From Eledone cirrhosa (lineage: Eukaryota), in the NCBI GenBank assembly GCA_964016885.1, contig OZ024740.1, positions 434,992,001 through 435,056,000 of the forward strand: DNA of 64,000 nucleotides, in the 5' to 3' direction. Position numbers and translations under genes: made by a program. The notes beneath the pieces were generated by a model. That model saw nothing but the letters and a program-made list of their open reading frames with translations, did no database searches and was not told where the DNA came from. Below, piece by piece: positions 22,300 to 35,600 of this stretch (the stretch's first letter is position 1; each line of letters opens with the position of its first letter).

Positions 22300-23654
22300 G
22301 GTGTAGAGGGGTGTGGTCTAGTGGTAAGGGTGTTCTGTGGAGAGGTGTGGCCTAGTGGTGTGTGGTGTAAAGGGGCATGGTCTAGTGGTAAGGGTGTTCT
22401 GTGGAGAGGTGTGGCCTAGTGGTGTGTGGTGTAAAGGGGCATGGTCTAGTGGTAAGGGTGTTCTGTGGAGAGGTGTGGCCTAGTGGTGTAGAGGGGTGTG
22501 GTCTAGTGGTAAGGGTGTTCTGTGGAGAGGTGTGGCCTAGTGGTGTAAAGGGGCATGGTCTAGTGGTAAGGGTGTTCTGTGGAGAGGTGTGGGCTAGTGG
22601 TGTGTGGTGTAAAGGGGCATGGTCTAGTGGTAAGGGTGTTCTGTGGAGAGGTGTGGCCTAGTGGTGTAAAGGGGCATGGTCTAGTGGTAAGGGTGTTCTG
22701 TGGAGAGGTGTGGCCTAGTGGTGTGTGGTGTAAAGGGGCATGGTCTAGTGGTAAGGGTGTTCTGTGGAGAGGTGTGGCCTAGTGGTGTAGAGGGGTGTGG
22801 TCTAGTGGTAAGGGTGTTCTGTGGAGAGGTGTGGGCTAGTGGTGTAGAGGGGTGTGGTCTAGTGGTAAGGGTGTTCTGTGGAGAGGTGTGGGCTAGTGGT
22901 GTAGAGGGGTGTGGTCTAGTGGTAAGGGTGTTCTGTGGAGAGGTGTGGGCTAGTGGTGTAGAGGGGTGTGGTCTAGTGGTAAGGGTGTTCTGTGGAGAGG
23001 TGTGGGCTAGTGGTGTAGAGGGGTGTGGTCTAGTGGTAAGGGTGTTCTGTGGAGAGGTGTGGCCTAGTGGTGTAGAGGGGTGTGGTCTAGTGGTAAGGGT
23101 GTTCTGTGGAGAGGTGTGGGCTAGTGGTGTAGAGGGGTGTGGTCTAGTGGTAAGGGTGTTCTGTGGAGAGGTGTGGGCTAGTGGTGTAGAGGGGTGTGGT
23201 CTAGTGGTAAGGGTGTTCTGTGGAGAGGTGTGGGCTAGTGGTGTAGAGGGGTGTGGTCTAGTGGTAAGGGTGTTCTGTGGAGAGGTGTGGCCTAGTGGTG
23301 TAGAGGGGTGTGGTCTAGTGGTAAGGGTGTTCTGTGGAGAGGTGTGGCCTAGTGGTGTAGAGGGGTGTGGTCTAGTGGTAAGGGTGTTCTGTGGAGAGGT
23401 GTGGCCTAGTGGTGTAGAGGGGTGTGGTCTAGTGGTAAGGGTGTTCTGTGGAGAGGTGTGGCCTAGTGGTGTAGAGGGGTGTGGTCTAGTGGTAAGGGTG
23501 TTCTGTGGAGAGGTGTGGCCTAGTGGTGTAGAGGGGTGTGGTCTAGTGGTAAGGGTGTTCTGTGGAGAGGTGTGGGCTAGTGGTGTAGAGGGGTGTGGTC
23601 TAGTGGTAAGGGTGTTCTGTGGAGGTGTGGTCTAGTGGTGTGTGGTGTAGAGGG
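22300..23654. repeat. 57-bp composite derivative of the 34-mer (GGAGAGGTGTGG(C/G)CTAGTGGTGTAGAGGGGTGTGGTCTAGTGGTAAGGGTGTTCTGT), ~23 copies including 64-bp variants
   Basis: The 19-aa periodicity of the spurious 311-aa ORF equals 57 nt. The unit is one 34-mer plus a 23-nt truncated copy. Confidence 0.95.
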
Positions 23655-23657
23655 ATG

Positions 23658-26600
23658 TATATATATATACACTAGTAGATCAGACTATATAACAATATAG
23701 ACTATATATATATACACTAGTAGATCAGACTATATAACAATATAGACTATATATCTACACTAGTAGGTCAGACTATATAACAATATAGACTATATATTTA
23801 CACTAGTAGGTCAGACTATAACAATATAGACTATATATCTACACTAGTAGGTCAGACTATAACAATATAGACTATATATCTACACTAGTAGGTCAGACTA
23901 TAACAATATAGACTATATATCTACACTAGTAGGTCAGACTATAACAATATAGACTATATATCTACACTAGTAGGTCAGACTATATAATATAGACTATATA
24001 CCTACACTAGTAGGTCATACTATATAACAATATAGACTATATATCTACACTAGTAGGTCAGACTATAACAATATAGACCATATATCTACACTAGTAGGTC
24101 ATACTATATAACAATATAGACTATATATCTACACTAGTAGGTCAGACTATAACAATATAGACTATATATCTACACTAGTAGGTCATACTATATAACAATA
24201 TCCCCCCTATTGGGGATTTCGATTGTTGAAATTTTTGTTTTTATATTTTTTACACGACTGTATGTAAAATCCCCGGCATGTCTTTGTATTGTCCCCTTTC
24301 TTGTTGCGCCCTTGTGGCTAATAAAGAAATCAATATAGACTATATATCTACACTAGTAGGTCAGACTATATATTTACACTAGTAGGTCAGACTATATAAC
24401 AATATAGACTATATACCTACACTAGTAGGTCAGACTATAACAATATAGACTATATATCTACACTAGTAGGTCATACTATATAACAATATAGACTATATAT
24501 CTACACTAGTAGGTCATACTATATAACAATATAGACTATATATCTACACTAGTAGGTCAGACTATAACAATATAGACTATATATCTACACTAGTAGGTCA
24601 TACTATATAACAACATAGACTATATATCTACACTAGTAGGTTAGACTATAACAATATAGACTATATATCTACACTAGTAGGTCATACTATATAACAATAT
24701 AGACTATATACCTACACTAGTAGGTCGGACTATAACAATATAGACTATATCTACACTAGTAGGTCATACTATATAACAATATAGACTATATATCTACACT
24801 AGTAGGTCAGACTATAACAATATAGACTATATATCTACACTAGTAGATCAGTAATATAACAATATAGACTATATATCTACACTAGTAGGTCAGACTATAA
24901 CAATATAGACTATATATCTACACTAGTAGGTCAGACCATATAACAATATAGACTATATATCTACACTAGTAGGTCAGTAATATAACAATATAGACTATAT
25001 ATCTACACTAGTAGGTCAGACCATATAACAATATAGACTATATATCTACACTAGTAGGTCAGACTATATAACAATATAGACTATATATCTACACTAGTAG
25101 GTCAGACCATATAACAATATAGACTATATATCTACACTAGTAGGTCAGACTATAACAATATAGACTATATATCTACACTAGTAGGTCAGACTATAACAAT
25201 ATAGACTATATATCTACACTAGTAGATCGGACTATATAACAATATAGACTATATATCTACACTGGTAGGTCAGACTATAACAATATAGACTAAATATCTA
25301 CACTAGTAGGTCAGACTATATAACAATATAGACTATATATCTACACTAGTAGATCAGACTATATAACAATATAGACTATATATCTACACTAGTAGATCAG
25401 ACTATATAACAATATAGACTATATATCTACACTAGTAGGTCAGACTATATAACAATATAGACTATATATCTACACTAGTAGGTCAGACTATAACAATATA
25501 GACTATATATCTACACTAGTAGGTCAGACTATATAACAATATAGACTATATATCTACACTAATAGGTCAGACTATAACAATATAGACTATATATCTACAC
25601 TAGTAGATCAGACTATATAACAATATAGACTATATATCTACACTAGTAGGTCAGACTATATAACAATATAGTCTATATATCTACACTAGTAGATCAAACT
25701 ATATAACAATATAGACTATATACCTACACTAGTAGGTCAGACTATAACAATATATACTATATATCTACACTAGTAGGTCAGACTATAACAATATAGACTA
25801 TATATCTACACTAGTAGGTCAGACTATAACAATATAGACTATATATCTACACTAGGTCAGTAATATAACAATATAGACTATATATCTACACTAGTAGGTC
25901 AGACTATAACAATATAGACTATATATCTACACTAGTAGGTCAGACTATATAACAATATAGACTATATACCTACACTAGTAGGTCAGATTATAACAATATA
26001 GACTATATATCTACACTAGTAGGTCAGACTATATAACAATATAGACTATATATCTACACTAGTAGATCAGACTATATAACAATATAGACTATATATCTAC
26101 ACTAGTAGGTCAGAATATATAACAATATAGACTATATGTCTACACTAGTAGATCAGACTATATAATAATATAGACTATATATATACACTAGTAGGTCAGA
26201 CTATAACAATATAGACTTTATATCAACACTAGTAGGTCAGACTATAACAATATAGACTATATATCTACACTAGTAGGTCAGACTATAACAATATAGACTA
26301 TATATCTGCACTAGTAGGTCAGTAATATAACAATATAGACTATATATCTACACTAGTAGGTCAGTAATATAACAATATAGACTATATATATACACTACTA
26401 GGTCAGACTATATAACAATATAGACTATATATCTACACTAGTAGATCAGACTATAACAAAATAGACTATATATCTACACTAGTAGGTCAGACTATATATC
26501 TACACTAGTAGGTCAGACTATAACAATATACACTATATATCTACACTAGTAGATCAGACTATAACAAAATAGACTATATATCTCCACTAGTAGATCAGAC

Positions 26601-29600
26601 TATAACAAAATAGACTATATATCTACACTAGTAGATCAGTAATATAACAATATAGACTATATATCTACACTAGTAGGTCAGACTATAACAATATAGACTA
26701 TATATCTACACTAGTAGGTCAGACTATAACAATATAGACTATATATCTACACTAGTAGGTCAGTAATATAACAATATAGACTATATATCTACACTAGTAG
26801 GTCAGACTATATAACAATATAGACTATATATCTACACTAGTAGATCAGACTATATAACAATATAGACTATATATCTACACTAGTAGGTCAGTAATATAAC
26901 GAAATAGACTATATATCTCCACTAGTAGATCAGACTATAACAATATAGACTATATATCTACACTAGTAGGTCAGTAATATAACAATATAGACTATATATC
27001 TACACTAGTAGGTCAGACTATATAACAATATAGACTATATATCTACACTAGTAGGTCAGACTATATAACAATATAGTCTATATATCTACACTAGTAGATC
27101 AGACTATATAACAATATAGACTATATACCTACACTAGTAGATCAGACTATAACAATATAGACTATATATCTACACTAGTAGGTCAGACTATAACAATATA
27201 GACTATATATCTACACTAGTAGTTCAGACTATAACGATATAGACTATATATCTACACTAGTAGGTCAGACTATAACAATATAGACTATATATCTACACTA
27301 GTAGGTCAGTAATATAACAATATGGACTATATATCTACACTAGTAGGTCAGTAATATAACAATATAGACTATATATATACACTACTAGGTCAGACTATAT
27401 AACAATATAGACTATATATCTACACTAGTAGATCAGACTATAACAAAATAGACTATATATCTACACTAGTAGATCAGACTATAACAAAATAGACTATATA
27501 TCTACACTAGTAGATCAGACTATAACAAAATAGACTATACATCTACACTAGTAGATCAGTAATATAACAATATAGACTATATATCTACACTAGTAGGTCA
27601 GACTATATAACAATATAGACTATATATCTACACTAGTAGGTCAGACTATAACAATATAGACTATATATCTACACTAGTAGATCAGACTATATAACAATAT
27701 AGACTATATAGCTACACTAGTAGGTCAGTAATATAACAATATAGACTATATATCTACACTAGTAGGTCAGACTATATAACAATATAGACTATATATCTAC
27801 ACTAGTAGGTCAGACTATAACAATATAGACTATATATATACACTAGTAGATCAGACTATATAACAATATAGTCTATATATCTACACTAGTAGGTCAGACT
27901 ATATAACAATATAGACTATATATCTACAGTAGTAGGTCAGTAATATAACAATATAGACTATATATCTACACTAGGAGGTCAGTAATATAACAATATAGTC
28001 TATATATCTACACTAGTAGGTCAGACTATAACAATATAGACTATATATCTACACTAGTAGGTCAGACTATAACAATATAGACTATATATCTACACTAGTA
28101 GGTCAGACTATATAACAATATAGACTATATATCTACACTAGTAGATCAGACTATATAACAATATAGACTATATATCTACACTACTAGGTCAGACTATAAC
28201 AATATATACTATATATCTAAACTAGTAGGTCAGTAATATAACAATATAGACTATATATCTACACTACTAGGTCAGACTATATAACAATATAGACTATATA
28301 TCTACACTAGTAGATCAGACTATAACAATATAGACTGTATATTTACACTAGTAGGTCAGACTATAACAATATAGACTATATATCTACACTAGTAGGTCAG
28401 TAATGTAACAATATAGACTATATATCTACACTACTAGGTCAGACTATATAACAATATAGACTATATATCTACACTAGTAGATCAGACTATAACAATATAG
28501 ACTGTATATTTACACTAGTAGGTCAGACTATAACAATATAGACTATATATCTACACTAGTAGGTCAGACTATAACAATATAGACTATATATCTACACTAG
28601 TAGGTCATACTATATAACAATAAAGACTATATATCTACACTAGTAGGTCAGTAATATAACAATATAGACTATATATCTACACTAGTAGATCAGACTATAT
28701 AACAATATAGACTATATATCTACACAAGTAGATCAGACTATAACAATATAGACTATATATCTACACTAGTAGGTCAGACTATAACAATATAGACTATATA
28801 TCTACACTAGTAGGTCAGACTATAACAATATAGACTATATATCTACACTAGTAGGTCAGTAATATAACAATATAGACTATATATCTACACTAGTAGATCA
28901 GACTATAACAATATAGACTATATATCTACACTAGTAGGTCAGACTATAACAATAAAGACTGTATATTTACACTAGTAGGTCAGTAATATAACAATATAGA
29001 CTATATATCTACACTAGTAGGTGAGACTATAACAATATAGACTATATATCTACACTAGTAGGTGAGACTATAACAATATAGACTATATATCTACACTAGT
29101 AGATCAGACTATATAACAATATAGACTATATATCTACACTAGTAGATCAGACTATAACAATATAGACTATATATCTACACTAGTAGGTCAGTAATATAAC
29201 AATATAGACTATATATCTACACTAGTAGATCAGACTATATAACAATATAGACTATATATCTACACTAGTAGATCAGACTATAACAATATAGACTATATAT
29301 CTACACTAGTAGGTCAGACTATAACAATATAGACTATATATCTACACTAGTAGGTCAGACTATAACAATATAGACTATATATCTACACTAGTAGGTCATA
29401 CTATATAACAATAAAGACTATATATCTACACTAGTAGGTCAGTAATATAACAATATAGACTATATATCTACACTAGTAGATCAGACTATATAACAATATA
29501 GACTATATATCTACACAAGTAGATCAGACTATAACAATATAGACTATATATCTACACTAGTAGGTCAGACTATAACAATATAGACTATATATCTACACTA

Positions 29601-32600
29601 GTAGGTCAGACTATAACAATATAGACTATATATCTACACTAGTAGGTCAGACTATAACAATATAGACTATATATCTACACTAGTAGGTCAGTAATATAAC
29701 AATATAGACTATATATCTACACTAGTAGATCAGACTATATAACAATATAGACTATATATCTACACTAGTAGGTCAGACTATAACAATATAGACTATATAT
29801 CTACACTAGTAGGTCAGACTATAACAATATAGACTATATATCTACACTAGTAGGTCAGTAATATAACAATATAGACTATATATCTACACTAGTAGATCAT
29901 ACTATATAACAATATAGACTATATATCTACACTAGTAGGTTAGACTATAACAATATAGACTATATATCTACACTAGTAGGTCATACTATATAACAATATA
30001 GACTATATACCTACACTAGTAGGTCGGACTATAACAATATAGACTATATCTACACTAGTAGGTCATACTATATAACAATATAGACTATATATCTACACTA
30101 GTAGGTCAGACTATAACAATATAGACTATATATCTACACTAGTAGATCAGTAATATAACAATATAGACTATATATCTACACTAGTAGGTCAGAATATAAC
30201 AATATAGACTATATATCTACACTAGTAGGTCAGACCATATAACAATATAGACTATATATCTACACTAGTAGGTCAGACTATATAACAATATAGACTATAT
30301 ATCTACACTAATAGGTCAGACTATAACAATATAGACTATATATCTACACTAGTAGATCAGACTATATAACAATATAGACTATATATCTACACTAGTAGGT
30401 CAGACTATATAACAATATAGTCTATATATCTACACTAGTAGATCAAACTATATAACAATATAGACTATATACCTACACTAGTAGGTCAGACTATAACAAT
30501 ATAGACTATATATCTAAACTAGTAGGTCAGTAATATAACAATATAGACTATATATCTACACTAGTAGGTCAGACTATAACAATATAGACTATATATCTAC
30601 ACTAGGTCAGTAATATAACAATATAGACTATATATCTACACTAGTAGGTCAGACTATAACAATATAGACTATATATCTACACTAGTAGGTCAGACTATAT
30701 AACAATATAGACTATATACCTACACTAGTAGGTCAGATTATAACAATATAGACTATATATCTACACTAGTAGATCAGACTATATAACAATATAGACTATA
30801 TATCTACACTACTAGGTCAGACTATAACAATATATACTATATATCTAAACTAGTAGGTCAGTAATATAACAATATAGACTATATATCTACACTACTAGGT
30901 CAGACTATATAACAATATAGACTATATATCTACACTAGTAAATCAGACTATAACAATATAGACTGTATATTTACACTAGTAGGTCAGACTATAACAATAT
31001 AGACTATATATCTACACTAGTAGGTCAGACTATAACAATATAGTCTATATATCTCCACTAGTAGGTCAAACTATATAACAATATAGACTATATATCTACA
31101 CTAGTAGATCAGACTATAACAATAAAGACTGTATATTTACACTAGTAGGTCAGTAATATAACAATATAGACTATATATCTACACTAGTAGGTGAGACTAT
31201 AACAATATAGACTATATATCTACACTAGTAGGTGAGACTATAACAATATAGACTATATATCTACACTAGTAGATCAGACTATATAACAATATAGACTATA
31301 TATCTACACTAGTAGATCAGACTATAACAATATAGACTATATATCTACACTAGTAGATCAGACTATAACAATATAGACTATATATCTACACTAGTAGGTC
31401 AGACTATAACAATATAGACTATATATCTACACTAGTAGGTCAGACTATAACAATATAGACTATATATCTACACTAGTAGGTCAGACTATAACAATATAGA
31501 CTATATATCTACACTAGTAGGTCAGACTATATAACAATATAGACTATATATCTACACTAGTAGATCAGACTATATAACAATATAGACTATATATCTACAC
31601 TAGTAGGTCAGACTATATAACAATATAGACTATATATCTACACTAGTAGATCAGACTATATAACAATATAGACTATATATCTACACTAGTAGATCAGACT
31701 ATATAACAATATAGACTATATATCTACACTAGTAGGTCAGACTATATAACAATATAGACTATATATCTACACTAGTAGGTCAGACTATATAACAATATAG
31801 ACTATATATCTACACTAATAGATCAGACTATAACAATATAGTCTAAATATCTACACTAGTAGGTCAGACTATATAACAATATAGACTATATATCTACACT
31901 AGTAGGTCAGACTATATAACAATATATTCTATATATCTACACTAGTAGATCAGACTATATAACAATATAGACTATATACCTACACTAGTAGGTCAGTAAT
32001 ATAACAATATAGATTATATATCTACACTAGTAGGTGAGACTATATAACAATATAGAATATATATCTACACTAGTAGGTCAGACTATATAACAATATAGAC
32101 TATATATCTACACTAGTAGGTCAGACTATATAACAATATAGACTATATATCTACACTAGTAGGTCAGACTATATGACAATATAGACTATATATCTACACT
32201 AGTAGATCAGACTATAACAATATAGACTATATATCTACACTAGTAGGTCAGTAATATAACAATATAGACTATATATCTACACTAGTAGATCAGACTATAT
32301 AACAATATAGGCTATATATCTACACTAGTAGATCAGACTATAACAATATAGATTATATATCTACACTAGTAGGTCAGACTATAACAATATAGACTATATA
32401 TCTACACTAGTAGGTCATACTATATAACAATATAGACTATATATCTACACTAATAGGTCAGACTATAACAATATGGACTATATATCTACACTAGTAGGTC
32501 AGACTATAACAATATAGACTATATATCTACACTAGTAGGTCAGACTATAACAATATAGACTATATATCTACACTAGTAGGTCAGTAATATAACAATATGG

Positions 32601-35600
32601 ACTATATATCTACACTAGTAGGTCAGTAATATAACAATATAGACTATATATATACACTACTAGGTCAGACTATATAACAATATAGACTATATATCTACAC
32701 TAGTAGATCAGACTATAACAAAATAGACTATATATCTACACTAGTAGATCAGACTATAACAAAATAGACTATATATCTACACTAGTAGATCAGACTATAA
32801 CAAAATAGACTATACATCTACACTAGTAGATCAGTAATATAACAATATAGACTATATATCTACACTAGTAGGTCAGACTATATAACAATATAGACTATAT
32901 ATCTACACTAGTAGGTCAGACTATAACAATATAGACTATATATCTACACTAGTAGATCAGACTATATAACAATATAGACTATATAGCTACACTAGTAGGT
33001 CAGTAATATAACAATATAGACTATATATCTACACTAGTAGGTCAGACTATATAACAATATAGACTATATATCTACACTAGTAGGTCAGACTATAACAATA
33101 TAGACTATATATATACACTAGTAGATCAGACTATATAACAATATAGTCTATATATCTACACTAGTAGGTCAGACTATATAACAATATAGACTATATATCT
33201 ACAGTAGTAGGTCAGTAATATAACAATATAGACTATATATCTACACTAGGAGGTCAGTAATATAACAATATAGTCTATATATCTACACTAGTAGGTCAGA
33301 CTATAACAATATAGACTATATATCTACACTAGTAGGTCAGACTATAACAATATAGACTATATAGCTACACTAGTAGGTCAGACTATATAACAATATAGAC
33401 TATATATCTACACTAGTAGATCAGACTATATAACAATATAGACTATATATCTACACTACTAGGTCAGACTATAACAATATATACTATATATCTAAACTAG
33501 TAGGTCAGTAATATAACAATATAGACTATATATCTACACTACTAGGTCAGACTATATAACAATATAGACTATATATCTACACTAGTAGATCAGACTATAA
33601 CAATATAGACTGTATATTTACACTAGTAGGTCAGACTATAACAATATAGACTATATATCTACACTAGTAGGTCAGTAATGTAACAATATAGACTATATAT
33701 CTACACTACTAGGTCAGACTATATAACAATATAGACTATATATCTACACTAGTAGATCAGACTATAACAATATAGACTGTATATTTACACTAGTAGGTCA
33801 GACTATAACAATATAGACTATATATCTACACTAGTAGGTCAGACTATAACAATATAGTCTATATATCTCCACTAGTAGGTCAAACTATATAACAATATAG
33901 ACTATATATCTACACTAGTAGATCAGACTATAACAATAAAGACTGTATATTTACACTAGTAGGTCAGTAATATAACAATATAGACTATATATCTACACTA
34001 GTAGGTGAAACTATAACAATATAGACTATATATCTACACAAGTAGGTGAGACTATAACAATATAGACTATATATCTACACTAGTAGATCAGACTATATAA
34101 CAATATAGACTATATATCTACACTAGTAGATCAGACTATAACAATATAGACTATATATCTACACTAGTAGGTCAGTAATATAACAATATAGACTATATAT
34201 CTACACTAGTAGATCAGACTATATAACAATATAGACTATATATCTACACTAGTAGATCAGACTATAACAATATAGACTATATATCTACACTAGTAGGTCA
34301 GACTATAACAATATAGACTATATATCTACACTAGTAGGTCAGACTATAACAATATAGACTATATATCTACACTAGTAGGTCATACTATATAACAATAAAG
34401 ACTATATATCTACACTAGTAGGTCAGTAATATAACAATATAGACTATATATCTACACTAGTAGATCAGACTATATAACAATATAGACTATATATCTACAC
34501 AAGTAGATCAGACTATAACAATATAGACTATATATCTACACTAGTAGGTCAGACTATAACAATATAGACTATATATCTACACTAGTAGGTCAGACTATAA
34601 CAATATAGACTATATATCTACACTAGTAGGTCAGACTATAACAATATAGACTATATATCTACACTAGTAGGTCAGTAATATAACAATATAGACTATATAT
34701 CTACACTAGTAGATCAGACTATATAACAATATAGACTATATATCTACACTAGTAGGTCAGACTATAACAATATAGACTATATATCTACACTAGTAGGTCA
34801 GACTATAACAATATAGACTATATATCTACACTAGTAGGTCAGTAATATAACAATATAGACTATATATCTACACTAGTAGATCATACTATATAACAATATA
34901 GACTATATATCTACACTAGTAGGTTAGACTATAACAATATAGACTATATATCTACACTAGTAGGTCATACTATATAACAATATAGACTATATACCTACAC
35001 TAGTAGGTCGGACTATAACAATATAGACTATATCTACACTAGTAGGTCATACTATATAACAATATAGACTATATATCTACACTAGTAGGTCAGACTATAA
35101 CAATATAGACTATATATCTACACTAGTAGATCAGTAATATAACAATATAGACTATATATCTACACTAGTAGGTCAGAATATAACAATATAGACTATATAT
35201 CTACACTAGTAGGTCAGACCATATAACAATATAGACTATATATCTACACTAGTAGGTCAGACTATATAACAATATAGACTATATATCTACACTAATAGGT
35301 CAGACTATAACAATATAGACTATATATCTACACTAGTAGATCAGACTATATAACAATATAGACTATATATCTACACTAGTAGGTCAGACTATATAACAAT
35401 ATAGTCTATATATCTACACTAGTAGATCAAACTATATAACAATATAGACTATATACCTACACTAGTAGGTCAGACTATAACAATATAGACTATATATCTA
35501 AACTAGTAGGTCAGTAATATAACAATATAGACTATATATCTACACTAGTAGGTCAGACTATAACAATATAGACTATATATCTACACTAGTAGGTCAGACT

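Noticed and set aside
22401-23635. 311-aa Cys/Gly/Val-rich repeat protein and shorter overlapping ORFs
   Set aside because: A by-product of the 57-bp unit: non-ATG start, no unique termini, no synonymous-site variation pattern, and antisense within the inferred intron.
18793-23654. Telomeric or subtelomeric repeat because of TAAGGG and G skew
   Set aside because: No tandem TTAGGG hexamers; the unit is 34/57 bp, internal, and better matched by a tRNA A-box head.
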